Counted from the first letter of the stretch, positions 9,851 to 18,223 are shown. The stretch is 48,254 bases of DNA from an uncultured Bacteroidales bacterium (GCA_964393715.1 CAYMVE010000002.1:1-48254); one strand, 5' to 3'. Numbers and translations are program-made. The notes: a model not told the origin generated them from the letters alone.

Positions 9851-10396
9851 TTAGATTTGCAATTTTGCTTCAAAAATATAAAAAAACATATTATCATTAA
9901 TTTCTTTGAACGAAAAATTTATTTTGTTTCCGGTTCTTTTGATGATATCTATCAGCCCCAAGCCTCCACCTCCTTTCTCACTCAGCGATGTTTCCGCCAA
10001 AATGATTTTGTACAATTTGGTAATTTGCTCCTTAGTCAGCACATTGAATTGTCGTATTCTTTTTTCCAAAAAATGTTTTGTTGACTCCGTAACAATATTT
10101 GCGGTTCTCAACACTACCTCATCATGTAAAATTTTCATTTGCACCACACCGAAATTTTTTGAATATCCGTTTACACTTTCTTTGTAACTGTGGTGGTACA
10201 AATTCTGCAGAGCTTCAATGAAAATGTGTAAGACCTTTTTGGCAATGCTTCTTTTCAATTTAACCTCTTCAATACGACTTTCCAGTTCCCTCAAAAGTTT
10301 TGAAGTAATATCTTCGGTCACTTCTCCCTTGTAATACAATAGGAAAATGCCGCTTTCTTTCAATTGGTCAAAATATTCTACTACATCGAATTTCAT
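9851..10396 (-). CDS. SiaB-like GHKL-fold Ser/Thr protein kinase (anti-sigma-kinase-like)
   Basis: ATP-lid-like GGGGLGLIDI box near the C-terminus. About 181 aa from the ATG at 10396. Alternative starts are the ATG at 10417 and a GTG at 10456, which overlaps the gcvP stop as GTGA. A TACTTTTG box at 10420-10427 favours 10396. Confidence 0.65.
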   Translation of the reverse strand: MKFDVVEYFDQLKESGIFLLYYKGEVTEDITSKLLRELESRIEEVKLKRSIAKKVLHIFIEALQNLYHHSYKESVNGYSKNFGVVQMKILHDEVVLRTANIVTESTKHFLEKRIRQFNVLTKEQITKLYKIILAETSLSEKGGGGLGLIDIIKRTGNKINFSFKEINDNMFFYIFEAKLQI

Positions 10397-10452
10397 CAAA
10401 ACCTGCTTTTCTTGCATTACAAAAGTAGTATTTTTTTTTTGAACAAAGGAAA

Positions 10453-13341
10453 TCACATCTTCAACTCATTAAAAGACATAGTCTTTTCTCTGTATGTATC
10501 TATCGGGTCACAAGTACACATTAAATTACGGTCGCCGTATGCGTCGTTGATTCTTGCCACGGGGATATGAAACTTGTTTTCCCGGATCCACGGTAACGGA
10601 AATGCAGCTTTTTCCCTGCCGTATTGATGTGTCCATTCATCGGCCATAAGTTCGTCGTAAGCATGCGGAGCATTTTTCAGCACATTATCGTCTTTATCCG
10701 CCTCTCCGTTTTTCACTTCCATAATCTCACGATAAATACTCATCATCGTTTCTATAAACTTGTTGAGTTCGAACAACGACTCGCTTTCGGTCGGTTCTAC
10801 CATCAAAGTACCGTGTACAGGAAAACTTAATGTCGGAGCATGAAAACCGTAATCCATAAGACGTTTAGCCACATCCGCTTCCGAAATACCCGTTTCGTGT
10901 TTAATAGGTCTTATATCCAAAATCAATTCGTGAGCCACATTCCCTTTTTCTCCTTTGTACAATACGGGGAAATAGGCATCCATTTTTTTGGCCAAATAGT
11001 TGGCATTGAGTATGGCCACCTTGCTTGCCATTGTAAGCCCGTCGGCCCCCATCAGTCTGATATAAGCATGCGAGATGGGTAAAATAAAGGCACTTCCATA
11101 AGGAGCACTTGATACTGCCGGTAAGGCTTCCGTTCTATCGTTAGTCTGCACTACCGGATGCGAAGGCAAATAAGGCGACAAAAAGTCTTTAACCAGCACC
11201 GGACCTACTCCGGGACCTCCGCCACCGTGCGGGCTGGCAAATGTTTTGTGGAGATTCAAATGACAAACATCCGCTCCAATGGTAGCCGGATTGGTCAAAC
11301 CTATTTGCGCATTCATATTGGCACCGTCCATATACACCAATCCGCCATACCGGTGAATGATATCCGCCATTTCTTTAATAGCGGCTTCATACACTCCGTG
11401 AGTGGAAGGATAAGTAACCATAAAACCGGCCAAAGTATCTTTGTGGGTTTCGGCTTTCTTTTTCAGATCTTCCACATCTATATTTCCGTTCTTATCACAT
11501 TCCACTACAACCACTTTCATACCGGCCATAACGGAACTGGCAGGATTGGTACCGTGAGCAGACGAAGGAATGAGCATTACATTTCTGTGCGTTTCTCCTT
11601 GGGCGTCCAAGTACTTTCTAATGATCATAAGGCCGGTATATTCTCCTGCGGCTCCCGAATTTGGCTGAAAAGTTACCGCATCAAAACCTGTAATGGTTTT
11701 CAAATAATCACCCAATTCATTTATGAGAATTTGATATCCTTCTGCCTGATTTTTAGGAACAAACGGATGAATCTTGCCCCATTCGGGCCAACTTAAAGGC
11801 AACATTTCGGTAGCTGCATTCAACTTCATGGTACAGGATCCCAACGGTATCATAGAATGCGTGAGGCTAATATCTTTCTTTTCCAAAGATTTGATATACC
11901 GCATCATATCGGTTTCGGTATGATAATTCCGAAAGACCTTTTCGGTCAAAATCTCGTCGGACCTTAAAAGCGTATGGGGAATTTTGATGGCTTCCGTTAC
12001 ATTTTCATCGTATTTTTTGCCGGCAACCGTAGCAAACACATCCGCTATTTCATAAATGTCGTCGGTAGTAGTAGTCTCGTTTATGCTTATTCCTACGGTT
12101 GAGTGGTCTATATAATTAAAATTGATACCGCGACTCAAAGCTACTTCTTTTATGGATGTGGCATCAACATCCGTAATTTTCAAAGTATCAAAATAAACTT
12201 TATTCTCCTGAGTGTAGCCGAGTGACTGCAATAGGTTGTCAAGCAAAACGGTGTTTTTGTGAATGGTAGTGGCAATTTCTCTTAAACCGTCGGGACCGTG
12301 ATAAACGGCATACATACCGGCCATAATAGCCATGAGTGCCTGTGCGGTACAAATGTTGGAAGTAGCCTTTTCCCGTTTAATATGCTGTTCACGGGTTTGC
12401 AAAGCCATACGCAAGGCATAATTACCCCGGGCATCTACCGAAACACCGATGATACGTCCCGGCACATTTCTTTTGTATTTTTCCAAAGTGGCAAAATAAG
12501 CAGCATGTGGTCCGCCATATCCCATCGGTTGCCCGAAACGCTGCGTATTGCCGAAAACAATATCGGCACCCCATTGTCCCGGAGGCGTCAATATTACAAG
12601 GCTCATCAAGTCGGCTGCTACTGCTACTTTTATATCTTTTTCCTTCCATGAGGCAACCAAACCGGAATAATCTTCCACCTTGCCATCTGCGGCAGGATAT
12701 TGTAGGATAGCCCCGAAAAACGACTCATCCAACTCGGTAGTTTGGTAATTTCCGGAAACTACTTCTACTCCGATAGGATAGGCATGCGTTTTTATTACTG
12801 CCAAGGTTTGAGGGAATAGGTTGTTATCTACAAACAATTTGTTTACCCCTTCTTTTACGACCTTTCTGCTTCTCAAATTGTACATCATCGTCATAGCCTC
12901 GGCAGCAGCGGTTCCTTCGTCAAGCAACGAAGCATTGGCCAACTCCATTCCGGTAAGCGACACTATCATAGTTTGATAGTTGAGCAACGCTTCCAGGCGT
13001 CCTTGTGAAATTTCCGCCTGATAGGGAGTATAAGAGGTGTACCAAGAAGGATTTTCAAAAATATTGCGCAGTATTACCGAAGGCGTGTGAGTATCGTAAT
13101 AGCCCATGCCTATATACGACTTGAAAACCTGGTTTTTGGAAGCCAGTTTTTTGATGTATTCCAAATATTTATCTTCCGCTAACGGTTCCGGCAAATGGAG
13201 CGGCTTTTTTAATCTGATATCCGCCGGTACAGTGTTTTCTATCAATTGGTCAAGGGTTTCAAAACCGATCTCTTTAACCACTTCTTTTATTTCGTCGTCA
13301 GTCAAGCCGATATGCCTGTTGTATAAATAATTCGGATTCAT
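10453..13341 (-). CDS. gcvP: Glycine dehydrogenase (decarboxylating), glycine cleavage system P protein
   Basis: 962-aa single-chain P protein. Characteristic motifs include YTPYQAEISQGRLEALLN and the PLP site NLHKTF. Confidence 0.97.
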   Translation of the reverse strand: MNPNYLYNRHIGLTDDEIKEVVKEIGFETLDQLIENTVPADIRLKKPLHLPEPLAEDKYLEYIKKLASKNQVFKSYIGMGYYDTHTPSVILRNIFENPSWYTSYTPYQAEISQGRLEALLNYQTMIVSLTGMELANASLLDEGTAAAEAMTMMYNLRSRKVVKEGVNKLFVDNNLFPQTLAVIKTHAYPIGVEVVSGNYQTTELDESFFGAILQYPAADGKVEDYSGLVASWKEKDIKVAVAADLMSLVILTPPGQWGADIVFGNTQRFGQPMGYGGPHAAYFATLEKYKRNVPGRIIGVSVDARGNYALRMALQTREQHIKREKATSNICTAQALMAIMAGMYAVYHGPDGLREIATTIHKNTVLLDNLLQSLGYTQENKVYFDTLKITDVDATSIKEVALSRGINFNYIDHSTVGISINETTTTDDIYEIADVFATVAGKKYDENVTEAIKIPHTLLRSDEILTEKVFRNYHTETDMMRYIKSLEKKDISLTHSMIPLGSCTMKLNAATEMLPLSWPEWGKIHPFVPKNQAEGYQILINELGDYLKTITGFDAVTFQPNSGAAGEYTGLMIIRKYLDAQGETHRNVMLIPSSAHGTNPASSVMAGMKVVVVECDKNGNIDVEDLKKKAETHKDTLAGFMVTYPSTHGVYEAAIKEMADIIHRYGGLVYMDGANMNAQIGLTNPATIGADVCHLNLHKTFASPHGGGGPGVGPVLVKDFLSPYLPSHPVVQTNDRTEALPAVSSAPYGSAFILPISHAYIRLMGADGLTMASKVAILNANYLAKKMDAYFPVLYKGEKGNVAHELILDIRPIKHETGISEADVAKRLMDYGFHAPTLSFPVHGTLMVEPTESESLFELNKFIETMMSIYREIMEVKNGEADKDDNVLKNAPHAYDELMADEWTHQYGREKAAFPLPWIRENKFHIPVARINDAYGDRNLMCTCDPIDTYREKTMSFNELKM

Positions 13342-13366
13342 TATGGTATTTTTTACAATTCAATGC

Positions 13367-13374
13367 CAAAGATA
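13367..13374 (-). promoter_or_regulatory. Candidate -7 box (TATCTTTG on the minus strand) for gcvP
   Basis: Exact TAnnTTTG on the minus strand, 25 nt upstream of the gcvP ATG. Confidence 0.4.
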
Positions 13375-13446
13375 TGGCAATTTTCAAAAAAAAAGCCTGT
13401 TTTTTATTAAAATCACCCCAATAAAATTTCTAAGGAAAAATAACAT

Positions 13447-13454
13447 TAACTTTG
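13447..13454 (+). promoter_or_regulatory. Candidate -7 box (TAACTTTG) for queA
   Basis: Exact TAnnTTTG, only 8 nt upstream of the ATG at 13463. This implies a very short or absent leader. Confidence 0.35.
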
Positions 13455-13462
13455 CCGTTGCT

Positions 13463-14662
13463 ATGAGAATAGATGCGTTGAACATAAGTGAGTTTGATTA
13501 CGAATTGCCGGAAGAACGAATTGCAAAATATCCGTTGCAAGAAAGAGACCAATCCCGGTTGCTGGTTTACGACCACGGCAAAATTACAGACAGTACTTTT
13601 GCCAATATTGCCGACTTTTTGGATAAAAACACCGTACTGGTTGCTAACAACAGTAAAGTCATACCGGCAAGGCTCCTATTCCGCAAGCCAACCGGAGCAA
13701 AAATAGAAATTTTCTGTTTGGAACCTGCGGGCGAAAAAGATTTTGCTGCTGCTTTTGTTTCCAAACAGTCTGTAAAGTGGCATGTGATAATAGGAAATGC
13801 CAAAAAATGGAAAACCGGCTCTTTGGAAAGAACAATAAATACCGGAACCGAAACCATAACACTGACTGCCCAAAAAATTACCGGTGCTACATCGGAAAAT
13901 ATTGTGGAGTTCAAATGGAACCGTGCCATCTCTTTTGCGGAACTACTGGAATATGCGGGCAAAGTACCGATACCTCCCTATTTGCGTCGTGATACGGAAA
14001 ACATTGACAAAGAACGCTATCAAACCGTATATGCCAAAATAAACGGATCGGTGGCAGCCCCTACTGCCGGTCTTCACTTTACCGACAAGGTTTTCAAGAA
14101 ACTGGAAACCAAAGGTATAAAACGCTTGGAAATTACGCTGCATGTAAGTGCGGGTACTTTTAAGCCCGTAGATAGCGAACGAATAACGGAACACCAAATG
14201 CACGAAGAGTGGATTGTACTGGAAAAGAACCAATTGGTGCAACTTTCTCAAGCTGGGAATATTACCGCAGTAGGAACCACTTCATTGAGAGCATTGGAAA
14301 GTATATACTGGCTGGGTGTAAACATTCACAAAGGCAAAAGCAACCTGAAAGTGGAGCAATGGCAACCATACGGAGAAACAACTGGCTTGTCTTTCGTAGA
14401 ATCACTTCACATTATTAGGAAATACATGGAATCCAAGAATCTGGAACAACTTTCTTTCCCTACCGAAATCATTATCGTACCGGGATACCAGGTTCAATCA
14501 TCCCATGCACTCATTACCAACTTTCATCAACCTAAAAGTACCTTATTGCTTTTGATTGCCGCACTAGTGGGTGACGACTGGAAAAAAATTTACGAGCATG
14601 CTTTATCCGGAGAATATCGTTTTTTGAGTTATGGCGATGCATCATTATTGAAGTTCGGTTAA
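13463..14662 (+). CDS. queA: S-adenosylmethionine:tRNA ribosyltransferase-isomerase
   Basis: N-terminus SEFDYELPEERIAKYP, plus PARL, VAAPTAGLHFT and GTTS/LES motifs. The 40-codon upstream extension in the ORF track spans the promoter region and is rejected. Confidence 0.92.
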   Translation: MRIDALNISEFDYELPEERIAKYPLQERDQSRLLVYDHGKITDSTFANIADFLDKNTVLVANNSKVIPARLLFRKPTGAKIEIFCLEPAGEKDFAAAFVSKQSVKWHVIIGNAKKWKTGSLERTINTGTETITLTAQKITGATSENIVEFKWNRAISFAELLEYAGKVPIPPYLRRDTENIDKERYQTVYAKINGSVAAPTAGLHFTDKVFKKLETKGIKRLEITLHVSAGTFKPVDSERITEHQMHEEWIVLEKNQLVQLSQAGNITAVGTTSLRALESIYWLGVNIHKGKSNLKVEQWQPYGETTGLSFVESLHIIRKYMESKNLEQLSFPTEIIIVPGYQVQSSHALITNFHQPKSTLLLLIAALVGDDWKKIYEHALSGEYRFLSYGDASLLKFG

Positions 14663-14733
14663 TAACCTCCGAAGCATTTTTATTAGGATGTTTTCTTTCT
14701 GCTCATTTTTTTTTGAGGCAGCAAAAAAGTTTT

Positions 14734-14741
14734 TATATTTG
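14734..14741 (+). promoter_or_regulatory. Candidate promoter -7 box (TATATTTG), with TTTG 18 nt upstream
   Basis: TTTG (14712-14715), 18-nt spacer, then TATATTTG. A second exact TAnnTTTG (TAGTTTTG) lies at 14783-14790. Confidence 0.4.
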
Positions 14742-14795
14742 GCAAAAACCACTAAAAAATACCAACATAAAGAAAAAAATTGTAGTTTTGTTGTA

Positions 14796-14803
14796 AAAGG
14801 AGG
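14796..14803 (+). promoter_or_regulatory. Canonical Shine-Dalgarno sequence (AAAGGAGG)
   Basis: AAAGGAGG ends 6 nt before the ATG at 14810. I did not see comparable sequences before the other starts I checked in this window. Confidence 0.5.
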
Positions 14804-14809
14804 TTGGCT

Positions 14810-15217
14810 ATGAAAATTGCAGTAGATTTCGACGGCACAATAGTAGAACATCAATATCCCGAAATCGGAGAACCCAGACCGTTTGCATTTGAAACCCTAA
14901 GATTGTTGCAAAAAAAGCACCAGCTGATATTATGGACCTACCGTTCGGGCAAAGAACTGGAAGAAGCCGTGGAATTTTGCAGAAAAAACGGAGTGGAATT
15001 TTATGCCGTAAACAAAAATTATCCCGAAGAAGAATTTGACCCCGAAACTACCAGTCGCAAAATAGATGCGGATATCTATATCGATGATAAAAATCTCGGA
15101 GGCATCCCCGACTGGGGACAAATATACAGAATGATAGAGCCGGACGAAAATATAGCATTGGAAAATAAATTGCGAAAAGGTAAAAAAGGTTTGTTAGGCG
15201 GGCTATTTGGCAGATGA
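14810..15217 (+). CDS. Small HAD-superfamily phosphatase-like protein
   Basis: Motif I VDFDGTI at the N-terminus and DD near the C-terminal third (YIDDKN). About 135 aa with no cap domain. ATG at 14810 follows the SD sequence. Confidence 0.7.
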   Translation: MKIAVDFDGTIVEHQYPEIGEPRPFAFETLRLLQKKHQLILWTYRSGKELEEAVEFCRKNGVEFYAVNKNYPEEEFDPETTSRKIDADIYIDDKNLGGIPDWGQIYRMIEPDENIALENKLRKGKKGLLGGLFGR

Positions 15218-16518
15218 AAAGAGCTTTACATATATGGATGCTTATCATACCATTGATCATGTCATGCCGGCATGAGAAAGAAAATGTGGTTATATCCATA
15301 TCCGCCCCACCGGCTAATTCGTCATTTGATGTATTGGATACCATACCTTATCGATTCTTTATCTCAACAACCAATGCCGACATCCGCGATATTTTCGTGT
15401 ACCTCTCCGATCACAGCCAACAAGTTACTCCATTGCAAAGAATCGAATCTTACGAAGGAAATTATCCCATCAACTCTTCGAGTCTGAATACGGGAACCTA
15501 CTACTTTACCGTACAAGTAAACACAACAAATAATGTGTATAAAGCATTCCGAGAAATAAATGTTACGGGAATCACACGCAGTTTGGAATATATCCTATCC
15601 TTTTCCGGAAACACCTTGATATTCCTTAACGAAAATTTTGAAGAAGTAAGGACTTACTCCCTCACCAACGAAATTCTGGACATTCAACCTGTCCCGTGTG
15701 GCAACTACAATGCAGAAAAAACTTACATGCCCCAAATAATGATTTTATTTGCCGACGGTACGGTACAAATCTTACAAATTGATGCGTCCGGAAACTACTC
15801 ATTGGAACTCATAGACAACAATGTTTTAACCGGAATCACGGATGTAAGTATCACAAAGTTTTACCAGCAGGACATAAATGCTCCCGTTTTTTTGCCCAAA
15901 AACAATTACTTCACAAAATATCAGCCTTGTAGCCATATCGCCATAAACTCTCCGGTCTTGGAGAATCAGTATCAAAAACCCGTTACATTTTTACAAGACA
16001 GCAATTATGTGTATGTAGCTTGTCAATCTACCAACACAACCACAGGTGCCATGTTTTATGTGTATCACCTATCCGACCTGTCTTTTTATAAATCGCTATC
16101 GCTTAACCCATTATTCCAACCGGCAAGTCTTGTGAAAACAGGAGATAATAATTATTGGTTGTTTGGAAACATCAACGGCCAAGGTTGTTACTACGATATT
16201 TACGCATTGGAAAACACCTTTTATTTTCACAACTTGTCGGAGTACGGCAATGTTTATTTTGCAACCGCTCTCTCTTACGAAACCCTAACCAGTAATATCT
16301 TGTTCTCTACCGATAGCGGCGTATATATGACAACTAACAACGGAATATGGCAAATAGCAAATGTTTCTCCACAATGCTTTGCTTATGAAAAAATCAGCCA
16401 AGCCATATTCATGTGCGATACCATCGAAAATAAAATTTACCGATACGATTCATCCACGGAAAGTATGGAAGAAGTAGCCTCGGGATATGCTTATATCAAA
16501 TTTTTGTACAACAAATAA
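15214..16518 (+). CDS. Lipoprotein of unknown function (N-terminal Ig-like region plus beta-rich C-terminal region)
   Basis: Signal peptide with lipobox IMSC. ATGA overlap with the HAD gene. No catalytic motif recognised. Confidence 0.7.
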   Translation: MKRALHIWMLIIPLIMSCRHEKENVVISISAPPANSSFDVLDTIPYRFFISTTNADIRDIFVYLSDHSQQVTPLQRIESYEGNYPINSSSLNTGTYYFTVQVNTTNNVYKAFREINVTGITRSLEYILSFSGNTLIFLNENFEEVRTYSLTNEILDIQPVPCGNYNAEKTYMPQIMILFADGTVQILQIDASGNYSLELIDNNVLTGITDVSITKFYQQDINAPVFLPKNNYFTKYQPCSHIAINSPVLENQYQKPVTFLQDSNYVYVACQSTNTTTGAMFYVYHLSDLSFYKSLSLNPLFQPASLVKTGDNNYWLFGNINGQGCYYDIYALENTFYFHNLSEYGNVYFATALSYETLTSNILFSTDSGVYMTTNNGIWQIANVSPQCFAYEKISQAIFMCDTIENKIYRYDSSTESMEEVASGYAYIKFLYNK

Positions 16519-16928
16519 CAGATTTTAACCGGTATGCCATTCACAATAAAATGCCCGAAACAGATTAGAAAAGTAACGGAAGAAAAAACAATATCCGACA
16601 CAATAACCCACCGGGATACTTTGGCTCTGTAAACCAGCAGTAAGGCTCTTAACAAAAATTGTAACAAAAAGAATAAAAAAATACAAGGAGCATGTTTATT
16701 GAGCCGGGATGCCTTGTCAAATTTCAATCTTACAAGGTACGAAAATGCACGCGACAATCCTTTGCTCACACACTTGTTTTCGGGAATTTTGTACTCATCG
16801 CACAACGAATGTATGGGGTAATTGTTTTTCCGTGGAGAAAACAAAAGGGAGTACCCGAATATCAAAACGGTTACTCCCCATATCAACCCATTAAAAAGAA
16901 AATAATTATTTATTTTCGATTTCGTCAA
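16491..16928 (-). CDS. DUF2752-like small membrane protein
   Basis: The C-x9-C-x3-G-x-SRAF-x-L-x7-A-x3-N pattern resembles the DUF2752 core. Four hydrophobic segments. Only non-ATG starts are available (TTG at 16928 or TTG at 16886). Confidence 0.5.
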   Translation of the reverse strand: MTKSKINNYFLFNGLIWGVTVLIFGYSLLFSPRKNNYPIHSLCDEYKIPENKCVSKGLSRAFSYLVRLKFDKASRLNKHAPCIFLFFLLQFLLRALLLVYRAKVSRWVIVSDIVFSSVTFLICFGHFIVNGIPVKICYLLYKNLI

Positions 16929-17685
16929 GTTTCTTTTGGATTTCGTCCAACCTCTTTTGTTGCTCTTCGTTAAGATAAGGACTTATTACGGCAATTTTTG
17001 CCGTCAAGATACCTATTTGCGGTGCCAAAGTCAAAGTTTTTGCCGCCGCATCAAAATCTCCGCTTTGTGCTTCTTTAACTGTTTCCGCATATTTGGTTAC
17101 ATACTTGTCAAAGTAATCGATGATTTTATCATAATCTTTTTCTTCTACTAATTTGTCAATTTCTTTCTGCATTTTTGTTGCAACTTCTGCATCTTCTTCG
17201 TCCGCATCTTCATCTATATTGGCATCATCTTCCTCCTCGCCATAAGCATCTTCCTCTTCGTCCATTGTATCGTCATTAACGGCTTCTTCCATTTGATTGC
17301 TAAACTCTTCCATTACATTAGCCGCATCTTTCCAATCATGGGCAGCTCTCGTGATTACATAGTATTGATATCCTGAAACAAAGGTAGCCAAAATAGAAAT
17401 TACCAAAGCGGCAATAACCACCCCCTTGCCGTTTCCACTCTTATTAGCCATTACCAATCCGATAATGGACAAGATTACTGCCAACACGCCCGGAAATATC
17501 GCATACAATCCGAGACACGGAATAAACGAAATAACCAAGGCTATAATCCCTAACACCAACCCTATGATACCTAATACTTGTCCTCCTCCGGAATTATTGT
17601 TGTTTACCGGTAGTTGAAAGTTTTGTTGAGGCGCTTCTTGTTGGCCGTTCCCGTTACTCATGTTATTATTATTCATCTCATTCAT
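16906..17685 (-). CDS. Membrane protein with N/Q-rich N-terminus, DUF4190-like TM hairpins and an extremely acidic linker
   Basis: GIIGLVLGIIALVISF ... GVLAVILSIIGLVMA ... VIAALVISILA segments. An acidic tract at aa 132-167 is followed by a helical C-terminal domain. Confidence 0.7.
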   Translation of the reverse strand: MNEMNNNNMSNGNGQQEAPQQNFQLPVNNNNSGGGQVLGIIGLVLGIIALVISFIPCLGLYAIFPGVLAVILSIIGLVMANKSGNGKGVVIAALVISILATFVSGYQYYVITRAAHDWKDAANVMEEFSNQMEEAVNDDTMDEEEDAYGEEEDDANIDEDADEEDAEVATKMQKEIDKLVEEKDYDKIIDYFDKYVTKYAETVKEAQSGDFDAAAKTLTLAPQIGILTAKIAVISPYLNEEQQKRLDEIQKKLDEIENK

Positions 17686-17688
17686 AAT

Positions 17689-18132
17689 TTATTGATTTTT
17701 TAGGTTTTGAATACTATTATTCATGTGAACAATCAAAGAATCCGCCATTTTTGACTCTTTCAATTCTTCTTCTTGTTGCTCTTTTTCTATCATAAAAAAC
17801 TGATAACTGATAAAGCCGACAATGCTCAAATTCACAGCAAAAATTATGCTCACAAAGAACTTTTTCACTTTGTCGGTATGAATCAATCCAATTGCCATTC
17901 CCGATATCAGCAATCCGAAGATGGCTGGTAACATAACATAAGGATAAAGAGTCTTGTTAAAATAAAAAACAACAGTAATTACCTGAATAAGAATCGACAA
18001 GAAGGCTAAGAACATAGCAGCTTTCATTTCTGTTTCCTTCTGCTTTTGGATTTTTTCCTGTATCCTTTTGCGTTGTTCTTCCGATAGACGCGGTCTTGAA
18101 CCGTATTTCCTGGAGGCGGTATTATTTTTCAT
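17689..18132 (-). CDS. Small membrane protein (basic N-terminus, 4 TM segments, acidic coiled C-terminus)
   Basis: ORF lies 3 nt upstream of the next gene. Start taken at the ATG at 18132 (MKNNTASRKYG); the ORF track extends to 18192. Confidence 0.6.
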   Translation of the reverse strand: MKNNTASRKYGSRPRLSEEQRKRIQEKIQKQKETEMKAAMFLAFLSILIQVITVVFYFNKTLYPYVMLPAIFGLLISGMAIGLIHTDKVKKFFVSIIFAVNLSIVGFISYQFFMIEKEQQEEELKESKMADSLIVHMNNSIQNLKNQ

Positions 18133-18223
18133 AACAGAATGGATAAAATGGTTATTTTTTGCAAATAAAAAACAATTATGGCAGATAACCAAATTTTTTT
18201 AATAAGGAAAGAAAAAAGAAAAG

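Noticed and set aside
13343-13462. N-terminal extensions offered by the ORF track: queA from 13343, GH57 to 19691, ftcD to 35964, TonB receptor to 46376, pruA from 21365, corA from 575 and the membrane protein to 18192.
   Set aside because: The extensions use TTG or poor starts, or span AT-rich promoter DNA containing exact TAnnTTTG boxes. They also add non-conserved-looking residues ahead of canonical family N-termini or signal peptides.
13342-13462. A glycine riboswitch upstream of gcvP.
   Set aside because: Only about 120 nt of AT-rich divergent promoter DNA is available. The minus-strand reading shows none of the conserved GGAGAG / CACCG-type cores or paired aptamer stems.
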